Origin: Candidatus Sysuimicrobiota bacterium CSP1-3
GTDB lineage: Bacteria > Sysuimicrobiota > Sysuimicrobiia > Sysuimicrobiales > Humicultoraceae
Assembly: GCA_001443485.1 (NCBI GenBank)
Contig: LDXQ01000001.1
Location: 33,107 to 97,106, forward strand
Length of the DNA: 64,000 bases
Direction of reading: 5' to 3'
Both the position numbers and the translations under genes were made by a program. Shown here in pieces: positions 40,607 through 50,527 of the stretch. The stretch's first letter is position 1. Every line of letters starts with the position of its first letter. The notes below the pieces were generated by a model, which was not told the DNA's origin, searched no databases, and worked only from the letters and a program-made list of their open reading frames with translations.

Positions 40607-41542
40607 GTGGGTGAAGTGAAGGAAGGGGCTTGGCGTAAGATCCTGGGAGCTGCGCTGGCCATGGCTCTGGTCATGGTCATCACCGTCGGCGTTCTGCCCG
40701 GCCACGCGCAGACCCCATCAGACTACCTCTTGGGCCCGGGGGACGTACTCAGCATCGCCGTCCTGGGCGAGGCCGATCTGACCCGGACCGTCACCGTCCG
40801 GCCGGACGGCAAGATCACGCTTCCTCTTCTCGGCGACCAGATGGTGGCGGGCATGACCCCCACCCAGGTCACCGAGATGCTGACCACCGGCCTGCGCAAG
40901 TACCTGCGCAACCCCGTGGTCACCGTGACCGTGACCCAGACCCGGGTCGAACGAACGTTCGCCTACCTGGTGGGGCCAGGGATCTCCCGGCCTGGGACCT
41001 ATGAGATTCAGCCGGGGTGGACCCTGATTGAGGTGTTTGCCGCCGCCGGTGGGCTGGCCCCCCGCGCCGCCTTGAAGAGGGCGACGCTGACGCGCCGCGG
41101 CACATCACAGCCGGTGGCGCTGGATCTGGAGCGTCTGATGGTGAATGCCGATCCCAGCGCCAACATGGTGCTCAAGGACGGCGACATCATCACCATCCCC
41201 CTGGTCGACATGCGCGTCGCCGTGTTGGGTACGGTGCGCGCTCCTGGCGCCTATGACCTGGCCGACGGTGCCCGGCTCCTCGACGCCATTCTCGCCGCCG
41301 GTGGTCCGGCCGACCGCGCTTTCACCGAGCAGGTCGGCGTCGTCCGCCGGGGCGCCGACGGCAAACTGCAGGCGCAGGTCTTCAACTTCAACAAGATCCT
41401 CACTGCAGCCGACCAGACGCAGAACCCCGTCCTGCAGCACGCGGACATCATCTACGTGCCGCCCGACAACCGGGTACGTTGGACGGACATCCTCTCATGG
41501 ATCTCGGGGTTCAGCCTGATCCGCTCCGTGTTCGGGTTCTAA
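40607..41542 (+). CDS. Polysaccharide export protein (Wza-like: Poly_export + SLBB domains)
   Basis: Signal/TM segment. PGDVLSIAVLGE…DGKITLPLLGD. Second SLBB (GDIITIP). Confidence 0.8.
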   Translation: MGEVKEGAWRKILGAALAMALVMVITVGVLPGHAQTPSDYLLGPGDVLSIAVLGEADLTRTVTVRPDGKITLPLLGDQMVAGMTPTQVTEMLTTGLRKYLRNPVVTVTVTQTRVERTFAYLVGPGISRPGTYEIQPGWTLIEVFAAAGGLAPRAALKRATLTRRGTSQPVALDLERLMVNADPSANMVLKDGDIITIPLVDMRVAVLGTVRAPGAYDLADGARLLDAILAAGGPADRAFTEQVGVVRRGADGKLQAQVFNFNKILTAADQTQNPVLQHADIIYVPPDNRVRWTDILSWISGFSLIRSVFGF

Positions 41543-41561
41543 AAGGAGGTAGGTGGACCGG

Positions 41562-43190
41562 ATGGAGACCCAAACCAGTTTCAAGCACTACGCCCGGGCC
41601 GTCCGGAAGCGCTGGTGGCTGTTGGCCCTGCTGGCGATCATCGCCGTGAGCGGCGTCTATTTCCGCTTCGGCACCGCCGCGCCGGGTTATGTTAGCAGCG
41701 CGACCGTGATGGTGACATCCTCGCCGTTTACATCCCCGACGGCCGGTATCGCCGGGGCCGCCCCCGGCGCACCGACGGCATTCGCCTCCGCCCCGACCAC
41801 GGTGTTGGCCAACATCGTGGAGGTCCTGGGCACGCGCACGATCGCGGAGCGCGTGGCGCAGCGCGTGGGCCGCACCGACGTGGGCGGGGTGCAGCGCAGC
41901 ATCTCGGCGACCAGCCCGCGGGGGACGAACCTGATCCGCATTGAGGCCTCCGCGACTACGCCGCAGGGGGCGGCCGATCTGGCCAACGGCGCGGCGGCGG
42001 AACTGAGCAACTTCTTCCGCCAGACCAACGCCGCGGACGCGGGCCGCGCCCGGGAATTCGTCGTGCAGCAGCTGGCCGAAGTGCGGCAGCGGCTCGACGC
42101 CTCGGACCGCGCCCTCATCGCGGTGCGGCAGAATCCGGCGAACCTCGACGGCGCCGCCAGCAGCATCATCGGCTCCTACTACAGCGGCCTGACCGCCGTG
42201 GACGACGCGCGCACCGCCCTCCGTGAGGTGGCGGGGCGGCTGAACGCGGCCGCAGCCCGGCTGGGCCGGGAGGCACCGACCCTGGTGTCGGAGACCACGC
42301 TCCTGGATAACCCGGTCTACCGGCAGGTCGAGGCCCGGCTGACCGACCTGGAGATCGAGCGGGCCCAGCTGACATCCGTGTACACCCCGAACCACCCGCG
42401 TATGCGCCAGCTGGAGGGGCAGATCGCCGCCCTGCAGCAGCGCCTGGCCTCCGAAGCCCAGACCCAGGTGGGACGCGAGGTGCGAACGCCCAACCCCACC
42501 CACGCCCGCCTGATCTCCGACATCGTCACCCTGGAGGTGGACCGCGCGGCGAGTTCCGCCCGCTTGGCCGGGCTGGAACAGACCCTGCGAAACCGCCGCG
42601 CTGCGGTGGCCGCCCTGCCAACGTCGCAGGCCACGGTCACCCGGCTGACCCGGGAGAACCAGACCCTTGACGCGCGTTACCGCCTGCTCGCCACGCAGTA
42701 TCAGGAAGCGCTGCTGCGCGAGAACCTGGCGGCCTTCTTCCCCGCCGGCATTCAGGTCGTCGAGGCGGCCGCGGCGCCGGAGCGCCCGCGTCCCTCCGCT
42801 GTACCCCGAACCGCTGCCGCCGCCGGTATCGCTGGCATCGTCCTGGGCATCATCGCCGCGCTCTTCCTCGAATCCACGGACGAGGCCATCAAGACACCGG
42901 AGGATGTGGAGCGGACCCTGGGTGTGCCGGTCCTCGCCGAGGTCCCCAACGCCAACGAGCCACGCGTGGCGCCTGCCAACGCCATGTTCATGGCTGGGTT
43001 CATCATCCTGTTCGGTCTAGGGCTGCTGGGGGCGTATGTGCGCACGCCGTTCGCCCCGCTCAACGCGGCCGGGGGGATGATGCGTACACTCGTCATCACG
43101 CCGCTGCAGTCCGGCGTCGCACAGGTGCAGGACTGGGCGCAGTCCGTGGCCCAGTCCCAGACGCAGGGTGCCATCGGGGCCGGGCAGTAG
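41562..43190 (+). CDS. Polysaccharide chain-length determinant (Wzz/GumC family)
   Basis: N-terminal Wzz domain with TM, long coiled-coil periplasmic region, C-terminal TM (IAGIVLGIIAALFL). AAGGAGG RBS fits the ATG at 41562. Confidence 0.75.
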   Translation: METQTSFKHYARAVRKRWWLLALLAIIAVSGVYFRFGTAAPGYVSSATVMVTSSPFTSPTAGIAGAAPGAPTAFASAPTTVLANIVEVLGTRTIAERVAQRVGRTDVGGVQRSISATSPRGTNLIRIEASATTPQGAADLANGAAAELSNFFRQTNAADAGRAREFVVQQLAEVRQRLDASDRALIAVRQNPANLDGAASSIIGSYYSGLTAVDDARTALREVAGRLNAAAARLGREAPTLVSETTLLDNPVYRQVEARLTDLEIERAQLTSVYTPNHPRMRQLEGQIAALQQRLASEAQTQVGREVRTPNPTHARLISDIVTLEVDRAASSARLAGLEQTLRNRRAAVAALPTSQATVTRLTRENQTLDARYRLLATQYQEALLRENLAAFFPAGIQVVEAAAAPERPRPSAVPRTAAAAGIAGIVLGIIAALFLESTDEAIKTPEDVERTLGVPVLAEVPNANEPRVAPANAMFMAGFIILFGLGLLGAYVRTPFAPLNAAGGMMRTLVITPLQSGVAQVQDWAQSVAQSQTQGAIGAGQ

Positions 43191-43220
43191 ACGGCATCCG
43201 GGCGTAAGGAGGAGTACGAG

Positions 43221-43883
43221 ATGGGCACCAATCGTTTCACGACGATTGCCAAGTTCCAGCCGGGCGTCCCCTTCGTCGAGGCCTACGGCCTGCTACTCGT
43301 GAGCCTCGTCCTGGGACAGAACGGCAACCCCGTCAGCGTCGTCGCCATTACCTCGGCGAACGAGGGTGCCGGGACCACGACCACCGCGCTGAACCTGGGG
43401 ATGATGGTGGCGCGCACCGGGCGCAAGTCGCTCATCGTGGACGCCAACCTCAGGAAGCCGGACATGCACACCGCCTTCGGGTTCGATCAGGCCCCGGGGA
43501 TCGCGGAGGTGCTCAGCGGCCAGAAGCAGGCGGCAGAAGTCGTCCGCCCCACCAACATCACGAACCTGGCGGTCCTGGCGGCGGGCAAGGCCGCGGTGCC
43601 GCCCCAGGCGCTGCTCACGCCGCAGCGGCTGGCCCCGCTGGTCACCGACCTGCGGGGGCGCTTCGAGTTCATCGTCATCGACACGCCGCCGGTGCTGCGG
43701 TTCCCGGACACGCTGAACCTGGCCCGGATCGCCGATGGGATGGTGCTGGTCGTCCCGGCGGACGGCGGGTCTCGGCGCGCGCAGGTGGAGGCGCGCCGCC
43801 GCCTGGAGCGTGTCGATGCCAAGATCCTGGGCGCGGTCCTGAACAAGGTCTCGGCCCGGGAGGCCGCTGCCCTGTCCTCATAG
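43221..43883 (+). CDS. BY-kinase-like P-loop ATPase (CpsD/CapB family) lacking a C-terminal tyrosine cluster
   Basis: Walker A ITSANEGAGTTTTALNLG. Walker A' VDANLRKP. Walker B FIVIDTPP. C-terminus …LNKVSAREAAALSS has no Tyr. Confidence 0.75.
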   Translation: MGTNRFTTIAKFQPGVPFVEAYGLLLVSLVLGQNGNPVSVVAITSANEGAGTTTTALNLGMMVARTGRKSLIVDANLRKPDMHTAFGFDQAPGIAEVLSGQKQAAEVVRPTNITNLAVLAAGKAAVPPQALLTPQRLAPLVTDLRGRFEFIVIDTPPVLRFPDTLNLARIADGMVLVVPADGGSRRAQVEARRRLERVDAKILGAVLNKVSAREAAALSS

Positions 43884-43902
43884 GGGCGAAGCGGAGGGGA
43901 TC

Positions 43903-44409
43903 GTGGAGGAACGCTGGTACGCCGTCCAGACGAAACCGCGCGTGGAGGAGCAGGTGGCGTTGCGGCTCCGGCAGTACTGCCGGCTGCACATCTTCCTGCC
44001 CAAGCTCGCGGTGCCGAAGCGCCGGCGGAACCGGCGAATCACCGCCATCGAGATGCTCTTCCCCTCCTACCTGTTCGTGCACATGACGCTGGATCCGGGC
44101 CCCTGGTACGCGGTGAAGTGGACGCCCGGGGTGAAGGGCATCGTGGGGACCGGCGATCTGCCCGTGCCGGTCCCCGACGAGGCCATCCGGTTACTCATGG
44201 ATCGCTGCATGTCCGAGGAAATCATCCCGTGGCGCCCGGCCTACCCGGCGGGCACACACGTGCGGATCACCCACGGGCCGTTCGCCGGCCTGGCGGGAAT
44301 CCTGGAGCGGCCGGCGACGCGCCAGGAGCGCGTCCGGGTCCTGCTCCACCTCCTCGGCGGGCCGGTACCCGTCGAGGTCGAGGTCGCCGATCTGGAAAGG
44401 GTGTCCTGA
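43903..44409 (+). CDS. NusG-paralog transcription antiterminator (NGN + KOW; UpxY/LoaP-like)
   Basis: WYAVQTKPRVEEQV NGN motif. C-terminal KOW (GTHVRITHGPFAGLAGILE). Embedded in the polysaccharide locus. Confidence 0.75.
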   Translation: MEERWYAVQTKPRVEEQVALRLRQYCRLHIFLPKLAVPKRRRNRRITAIEMLFPSYLFVHMTLDPGPWYAVKWTPGVKGIVGTGDLPVPVPDEAIRLLMDRCMSEEIIPWRPAYPAGTHVRITHGPFAGLAGILERPATRQERVRVLLHLLGGPVPVEVEVADLERVS

Positions 44410-44532
44410 CTCATCTCTCTCCCTGAGGGGTAGGACGCCTTTTCCCTCCGTCGGGTGAGAAGTGATGTACACCCAACGGCGGAGCTATGCCCACCCGACG
44501 CACGGCGCCAGTGCACCGGAAAGCGTGAGGAC

Positions 44533-45876
44533 ATGAGAACCCTGACCCCACTCGAACCCTCCACCCAGGATGCGCCGGCTTTCGACCACCGCATCCGCAC
44601 CCGCGAGGCCACCATTGCCGTCGTCGGCCTCGGCTATGTCGGCCTGCCGCTGGCCCTGGCCTACGCCCGCGCCGGCTTCCGCGTCGTCGGCATCGACGTG
44701 GACGGCGACCGCGTGGAGGCGGTCAACCGCGGCCTCTCCCACGTCGGCGACGTGCGGCCGGAGGAGCTGGCGACGGAAATCTCGGCGGGACGGCTGCGGG
44801 CCAGCGCCGGCTACGCGGATGCCAGCGCCGGCGACGTCATCTTCATCTGCGTGCCCACCCCCTTTACGCGGAACAAGGAACCGGACACCTCCTGCATCCA
44901 GACGGCGGGGGAAGGGATCGCCGCCCACCTGCGACCGGAGCAGCTGGTCATTCTGCGCAGCACGAGCTACCCGGGGACGACCGCGGAACTCGTGCGGCCC
45001 ATCCTGGAGCGGACCGGGCACCGCGTCGGGGAGGACGTCTACCTGGCGTTTGCCCCCGAGCGCGTCGACCCCGGACGCCGCGACTTCACCGTGCACAACA
45101 CACCCGTGCTGGTGGGTGGGTGTGACCCGGAGAGCACGCGCCGGGCGACGCTGGTGCTGGAGCAGATCACCGCGCGCGTGGTGCCCATGTCCTCTCCGGC
45201 GGCCGCGGAGATGACCAAACTGCTGGAGAACGTCTTCCGCAACGTGAACATCGCCCTGGCGAATCAGCTGGCCATGCTCTGCGAGCGGATGGGGCTGGAC
45301 ATCTGGGAGATCACCGAGGCGGCGGCGACGAAACCCTATGGCTTCATGGCCTTCCACCCCGGGCCCGGCGTGGGCGGGCACTGCATCCCCGTGGACCCGT
45401 ACTACCTGGCGTGGAAGGCGCGGGAGTACGACTTCCACATGGACTTCATCGAGCTGGCGGCGCGGGTCAACGACGAGATGCCCTACTATGTGGCCACGCG
45501 CATCCTCCTGGCCCTGAACGGCCAGGCCGCGTCCGCCGGGTCGGCCCGGGTCCTAGTCCTGGGCGTGACGTTCAAACGGGACATCGAGGACTACCGGCAC
45601 TCGCCGGCGCTGAAGATCATGGAACTGCTGCACAAACAGGGGGTGGAGGTGCGCTACCACGACCCCCATGTCCCCACATTGCCCTTCAACGGCAGGGTGC
45701 TGCGCAGCGAGCCGCTGACCGAGGAGGCGCTGCGCGCCTATGACTGCGTGGTCATTGCCACGGACCACACCCAGTTTGCCTACGACTGGATCGTGCGCCA
45801 CGCGCGTCTGGTCTTCGACACCCGAAACGCGACCCGTCGGGTGACGCACGACCGCCACAAGATCATCCGTCTCTAA
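44533..45876 (+). CDS. Nucleotide-sugar dehydrogenase (UDP-N-acetyl-D-glucosamine/mannosamine 6-dehydrogenase-like)
   Basis: IAVVGLGYVGLPLA Rossmann. Catalytic Cys region (GVGGHCIP). ATG 44533 with GTGAGGA RBS. Confidence 0.85.
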   Translation: MRTLTPLEPSTQDAPAFDHRIRTREATIAVVGLGYVGLPLALAYARAGFRVVGIDVDGDRVEAVNRGLSHVGDVRPEELATEISAGRLRASAGYADASAGDVIFICVPTPFTRNKEPDTSCIQTAGEGIAAHLRPEQLVILRSTSYPGTTAELVRPILERTGHRVGEDVYLAFAPERVDPGRRDFTVHNTPVLVGGCDPESTRRATLVLEQITARVVPMSSPAAAEMTKLLENVFRNVNIALANQLAMLCERMGLDIWEITEAAATKPYGFMAFHPGPGVGGHCIPVDPYYLAWKAREYDFHMDFIELAARVNDEMPYYVATRILLALNGQAASAGSARVLVLGVTFKRDIEDYRHSPALKIMELLHKQGVEVRYHDPHVPTLPFNGRVLRSEPLTEEALRAYDCVVIATDHTQFAYDWIVRHARLVFDTRNATRRVTHDRHKIIRL

Positions 45877-45922
45877 CCCGGAGTCGAGTTCATCTGCGGT
45901 GACACCCCGTAAGGAGGGTGAA

Positions 45923-46825
45923 GTGAGCCTGCGCGTGGATTTTCCCCAGACGATACAGCGCGTCCTGGCCGGCGGACAGGTGCACGAGACTGCCGGCTTC
46001 TTCGGCCTGCCGGGGGAGCGGTTGTTCGGGGTGACGCACCTGCCCGCCGGCGCGATCCACGGCGGTTTGGTGATCTGCTCCTCGATCGGGCCGGAGCAGC
46101 TGACCAGCTACCGGAACGAGGTGGTGCTGGCACGGCGACTGGCCGCGGCCGGGGTCGCCGTGCAGCGGTTTCACTACCGCGGCAGCGGGCACAGCGACGG
46201 CGAGGATGTTGACCTGACCCTCGGCACGATGGTAGAGGATGCCGCGGCCGCGGCCGCCCGGCTCGCCGAGGTGACGGCGGTGCACCACCCGTCCTTCCTG
46301 GGGACGCGGTGGGGCGCGCTGGTGGCCACCCGCGCGGCCTCGCTGGCCGCCGGCGCGCCGCTCGTCGTCTGGGAGCCGGTCGCCGATCCCGCCCGCGCCT
46401 TCCGCGAACTCTTCCGCACGCAGGCCTCCCATGAATTGAAGATCGGGACGCCCGGCCGCCGGACGAGCGAGATGATGCTGGCCGAACTGGAAGCTAACGG
46501 GCAGGTGGACATCCTGGGATACGCGCTGCAGCGGGGCTTCTACCAGAGTGCCATCCGCGCCGCGCTGGCCGACGGCCTCTCCGGCCGGCAGCGGCTTCTG
46601 GTCGTCCGCCTAGGCCGCACCGTCGGCGCGGAGGCGGGTCTGGCGGACTTCACGGCGGCGGCGGAAGCGGCCGGGTGCGCGGTGGAGGTCATCTCCCTGG
46701 AGCAGGCTCCGGTGTGGCACTTCGTGGACCATTCGGCCGGCTGGGGCGCCGTGCTCGTGGAGAGGACGACACAGTGGCTGCTGGCGGCGACGGCCGCAGA
46801 GGCGGCGGGGAGGGGAGCCTCGTGA
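45923..46825 (+). CDS. Alpha/beta-hydrolase-fold protein 1 (nucleophile position occupied by Arg: LGTRWGA)
   Basis: GTG preceded by AAGGAGG. HYRGSGHSDGE…LGTRWGALVA layout typical of the hydrolase pairs found in exosortase-A-type loci. Confidence 0.55.
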   Translation: MSLRVDFPQTIQRVLAGGQVHETAGFFGLPGERLFGVTHLPAGAIHGGLVICSSIGPEQLTSYRNEVVLARRLAAAGVAVQRFHYRGSGHSDGEDVDLTLGTMVEDAAAAAARLAEVTAVHHPSFLGTRWGALVATRAASLAAGAPLVVWEPVADPARAFRELFRTQASHELKIGTPGRRTSEMMLAELEANGQVDILGYALQRGFYQSAIRAALADGLSGRQRLLVVRLGRTVGAEAGLADFTAAAEAAGCAVEVISLEQAPVWHFVDHSAGWGAVLVERTTQWLLAATAAEAAGRGAS

Positions 46826-47772
46826 TCGATGCGCGGCACGAGTTTCCCATCGCGTACACCGCGGCGGGGGAGGACATCTTCGGCATCGTCACCAGCCCGC
46901 CGCGGCCTCACGGCATCGGCGTGGTCCTGCTTTCGGGCGGCGACTTCATCCCCTCCACCAACCGCAACCGGCTCTATGTCCGTATGGCCCGCCGGCTGGC
47001 GGCGGCGGGGTACCACGTGCTGCGCTTCGACTACCACGGCGTTGGGGAGAGTACCGGCGATATCCAGGGGTACTCGTCGGACCGGCCCTTCGTACACGAC
47101 GTGAGTGGCGCGGTGGCCTGGTTCGAGCGCGCCGGGATTTCCGAGGTGGTGCTAGTGGGGAACTGCTTCGGCTCTCGCACCGCGCTGGCGGCCGCCGAGC
47201 GGGTCGCCGGTCTGAAAGCCATCGTCCTGATCTCGTCACCGGTGCGCGACTTCCGCAGCGGCGAGCGCGTGCCCACCCGCCTGGCCCGCGACGGCGGCAT
47301 GCCGGCCTACCTGCTGCGGGGGATGCGGCTCGACGTCTTCCGCCGGTCGCTGCTGGGGAGGTATCGTCGACGCTACATCTCGATTATCAAGACCTGGGCG
47401 CGGGAGAAGATCCGCCTCGCCCGGGGGGACGGCAAGCCGGACGGCGGCGAACCGCAGGCTGAGTGGGTGAGTGAGCGACTCGTGCAGCAGATGGCCGGTG
47501 TGGTGCGCCGCCGCATCCCCACCCTGGTGGTCTACGGGGCGGAGGAGGACCTCTACGACGAGTTCACGCGCGCCCGCGCCGGGCGCCTCGGCACGACGAT
47601 TGACCGGGCCGGCCCCCTGGTCGAGGTGCGGACCCTGGAGGGGACGGTGCACGGCTTCCCCACCCTGGCGGTGCAGCAGACGGTGCTCGACCTGGTAGAG
47701 GAGTGGATCTGGCGCGCCGTACCGGGGAAGGGCACCCCATCCCTTCGTGCCGGTGCGGCGGGCCGGCCGTAG
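46822..47772 (+). CDS. Alpha/beta-hydrolase-fold protein 2 (Cys at nucleophile position: GNCFGS)
   Basis: GTG overlaps the upstream stop. Paralogous to the previous gene (FDYHGVGESTGD…VGNCFGSRTALAAA). Confidence 0.55.
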   Translation: MIDARHEFPIAYTAAGEDIFGIVTSPPRPHGIGVVLLSGGDFIPSTNRNRLYVRMARRLAAAGYHVLRFDYHGVGESTGDIQGYSSDRPFVHDVSGAVAWFERAGISEVVLVGNCFGSRTALAAAERVAGLKAIVLISSPVRDFRSGERVPTRLARDGGMPAYLLRGMRLDVFRRSLLGRYRRRYISIIKTWAREKIRLARGDGKPDGGEPQAEWVSERLVQQMAGVVRRRIPTLVVYGAEEDLYDEFTRARAGRLGTTIDRAGPLVEVRTLEGTVHGFPTLAVQQTVLDLVEEWIWRAVPGKGTPSLRAGAAGRP

Positions 47773-47798
47773 GTCCCCCGCAGGCTGCGTCCGGTCTC

Positions 47799-48944
47799 AT
47801 GGACTTCGCCCTCACCCCGGAACAGCGAGCATTCCAGCAGACCGTCATCCGGTTTGCGACGCGGGAGTTGAACGAAGAGGTGACGCCGCGGGACGGCCGC
47901 GGCGAGTTCTCCCGTGAGGCCTGGAACAGGTGCGCGCGCTTCGGTATCCAGGGTCTCCCCGTGCCGGAAGCCTATGGCGGCGCCGGCGCGGACGCGCTGC
48001 AGATTACCCTGGCCATGGAGGCCCTCGGTTACGGTTGCCGGGACAATGGGCTTCTCTTCTCGCTGAACGCGCAGATGTGGAGCTGCGAGATGCCGCTCGT
48101 CCGCTCGGGCAGCGAGGACCAGAAGCGGCGCTATCTGCCCGGGCTGTGCGACGGCAGGCTGATCGGTGTGCAGGCGATGACCGAGCCGACCTCCGGCTCG
48201 GACGCCTTCGGCCTGCGCACCACCGCGCGGCCCGACGGCGACCGGTACGTGCTCAACGGTAGCAAGACCTTCATCACCAACGCTCCGGTGGCGGATCTCT
48301 TCGTCGTCTTCGCCACCGTCGACCCGGACGCCCCGCTGAAGGGGCTGACCGCGTTCCTCGTCGAGCGGGACACGCCCGGACTCACCATCGGCCGGCCGCT
48401 GCACAAGATGGGGTTGCGCACCTCGCCGATGGCCGAGCTGGCCTTCGAGGAGTGCGTCGTCCCGCCCGCGGCGCTGCTGGGCGGCGTGGGCGCAGGGGCG
48501 GCCATCTTCAACTCCTCAATGGACTGGGAGCGCAGCTGCATTCTGGGGTGCGCCCTGGGCACGATGCGGCGGCAGCTGGAGCGCTGTATCGAGTACGCGA
48601 AAGCGCGGCACCAGTTCGGCCAGCCCATCGGCAAGTTCCAGGCGGTGAGCCACACGATCGCGGAGATGCGCGTGCGCCTGGAGACCGCCCGGCTGTTCCT
48701 CTACAAGGTGGGGTGGATGAAGGCCACCGGACAGCGCACCGGGCTGGAGTCGGCGATGGTCAAGCTCTATGTGAGCGAGTGCTTCCTCCAGTCCAGCCTG
48801 GACGCGGTGCAGGTCTTCGGCGGTTACGGCTACATGGCCGAGTACGAACTGGAGCGCGACCTGCGCGACGCCGTGGGCAGCCGCATCTACTCGGGCACGT
48901 CGGAGATCCAGAAGAACATCATCGCCGCCCACCTGGGACTGTGA
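47799..48944 (+). CDS. Acyl-CoA dehydrogenase family protein
   Basis: 381 aa. ACAD N/M/C domains (MDFALTPEQRAFQ…GSDAFGLRTTA…catalytic-base region YSGTSEIQKNII). Confidence 0.85.
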   Translation: MDFALTPEQRAFQQTVIRFATRELNEEVTPRDGRGEFSREAWNRCARFGIQGLPVPEAYGGAGADALQITLAMEALGYGCRDNGLLFSLNAQMWSCEMPLVRSGSEDQKRRYLPGLCDGRLIGVQAMTEPTSGSDAFGLRTTARPDGDRYVLNGSKTFITNAPVADLFVVFATVDPDAPLKGLTAFLVERDTPGLTIGRPLHKMGLRTSPMAELAFEECVVPPAALLGGVGAGAAIFNSSMDWERSCILGCALGTMRRQLERCIEYAKARHQFGQPIGKFQAVSHTIAEMRVRLETARLFLYKVGWMKATGQRTGLESAMVKLYVSECFLQSSLDAVQVFGGYGYMAEYELERDLRDAVGSRIYSGTSEIQKNIIAAHLGL

Positions 48945-50527
48945 CGCGCCAGCTGCTGCACCATCTGCTTGTCGAGACCGCGGAACGTTCGCCCGAGGCA
49001 ACCGCGGTGGCGTTTCGCGGCGAGACTATGACCTACGGCACGCTGGACGCCTGGAGCGACCGTCTGGCCCACCTGCTGGTGGACGTCGGCGTGCGACGCG
49101 GCGACCGTGTGGGCATCTATCGGGAGAAGTCCAGCGGGTCGGTGGCGGCGATCTACGCCATCCTCAAGGCCGGGGCCGCCTACGTGCCCCTCGACCCGCA
49201 CGCCCCGCCCGCGCGCCTAGCCTACATCGCGCGGAACTGTGGCCTGCGCTGGCTGATCACGGCGGAGGAGAAGCTCCCCCTCTGCCGGCAGATGGTGGAG
49301 AAGCAGGCGCCGCTGGAGGCGGTGATCCTCCCCGACGTGGTCCCCGCCCGCCGCAGCGATCCGGCCGAGACGCTGCCGCCGGGCGTGCGCCTCCTGGCCG
49401 CGGACGCGGTGGCGGCGCAGCCGGCCTCCCCGCCGGCGGTCCGGGGAATCGAACTGGATCTCGCCTACATCCTGTACACTTCGGGCTCCACCGGCGAACC
49501 CAAAGGCGTCATGATTTCCCACCTGAACAGCCTGGCGTTCGTGCGCTGGGCCCATCAGGCCATCCAGGTGCGCGCGGACGATGTCCTCAGCAATCATGCC
49601 CCGTGGCACTTCGACCTGTCGATCTTCGACGTCTTCGCCGCGGTGCTGGCCGGGGCGACGCTGGCGCCGGTACCCGCGGAGATGTCCGTCTTCCCGGTGC
49701 AGCTGGCGGAGTTCATCGCGCAGACCGGGATCACAGTCTGGTACTCGGTTCCCTCGGTCTTGAACCTGCTGCTGCTGCGGGGGAACCTGAAACCGGGCGC
49801 CTTCCCGCGGCTGCGCACGGTGCTCTTCGCCGGGGAGGTCTTCCCCACGCCGCACCTGCGGCGGCTGATGGGCCTGCTGCCGCACGCGCGATTCTATAAC
49901 CTCTATGGCCCCACGGAAACGAACGTGTGCACCTGGTACGAGGTGCCGCCGCTCCCCGCCGATCGCGTCGCCGCTATTCCCATCGGCCGGGCGATCGACA
50001 ACGTGGAGGTCTTCGCCATGACCGAGGAGGGCCGCGTGGCCGCGCCGGGAGAGGTGGGGGAACTGTACGTGCGCGGCTCCACCGTCGCCCTGGGGTACTG
50101 GGGCGACTCCGAGCGCACGGCGCGCGGCTTCGTGTCCCATCCGTCTGCGCCCTTTCACGAGCGCGTCTACCGCACCGGCGACCTGGTCCGGCAGGACGAG
50201 CAGGGGGACTACCTCTTCCTCGGGCGGCGGGACAACCAGGTGAAGAGCCGAGGATACCGCATCGAACTCGGCGACGTCGAGGCGGCGATCTATGCCCACC
50301 CCGAGGTGGCGGAGTGCGCCGTCGCCGCCCTGCCCGATGCGGTGGTCGGCAACCGGTTGAAGGCTTTTGTCGTCACCCGCGGCACGCGGCCGCTCTCGCC
50401 CTCCGAGCTGGTCCAGTTCTGCTCCAACCTGATCCCCCGCTACATGGTGCCCGAGGAGGTCGAGTTCCGCGACCGCCTGCCCAAGACTTCGACCGGCAAG
50501 ATCGACCGAACGGAGCTGGTGCGATGA
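48941..50527 (+). CDS. AMP-dependent synthetase/ligase (adenylation enzyme, DltA-like acyl/aminoacyl-carrier-protein ligase)
   Basis: GTG overlaps the ACAD stop. A3 motif YILYTSGSTGEPKGV, A5 NLYGPTE, A7 YRTGD, A10 PKTSTGKIDR. Confidence 0.85.
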   Translation: MTRQLLHHLLVETAERSPEATAVAFRGETMTYGTLDAWSDRLAHLLVDVGVRRGDRVGIYREKSSGSVAAIYAILKAGAAYVPLDPHAPPARLAYIARNCGLRWLITAEEKLPLCRQMVEKQAPLEAVILPDVVPARRSDPAETLPPGVRLLAADAVAAQPASPPAVRGIELDLAYILYTSGSTGEPKGVMISHLNSLAFVRWAHQAIQVRADDVLSNHAPWHFDLSIFDVFAAVLAGATLAPVPAEMSVFPVQLAEFIAQTGITVWYSVPSVLNLLLLRGNLKPGAFPRLRTVLFAGEVFPTPHLRRLMGLLPHARFYNLYGPTETNVCTWYEVPPLPADRVAAIPIGRAIDNVEVFAMTEEGRVAAPGEVGELYVRGSTVALGYWGDSERTARGFVSHPSAPFHERVYRTGDLVRQDEQGDYLFLGRRDNQVKSRGYRIELGDVEAAIYAHPEVAECAVAALPDAVVGNRLKAFVVTRGTRPLSPSELVQFCSNLIPRYMVPEEVEFRDRLPKTSTGKIDRTELVR

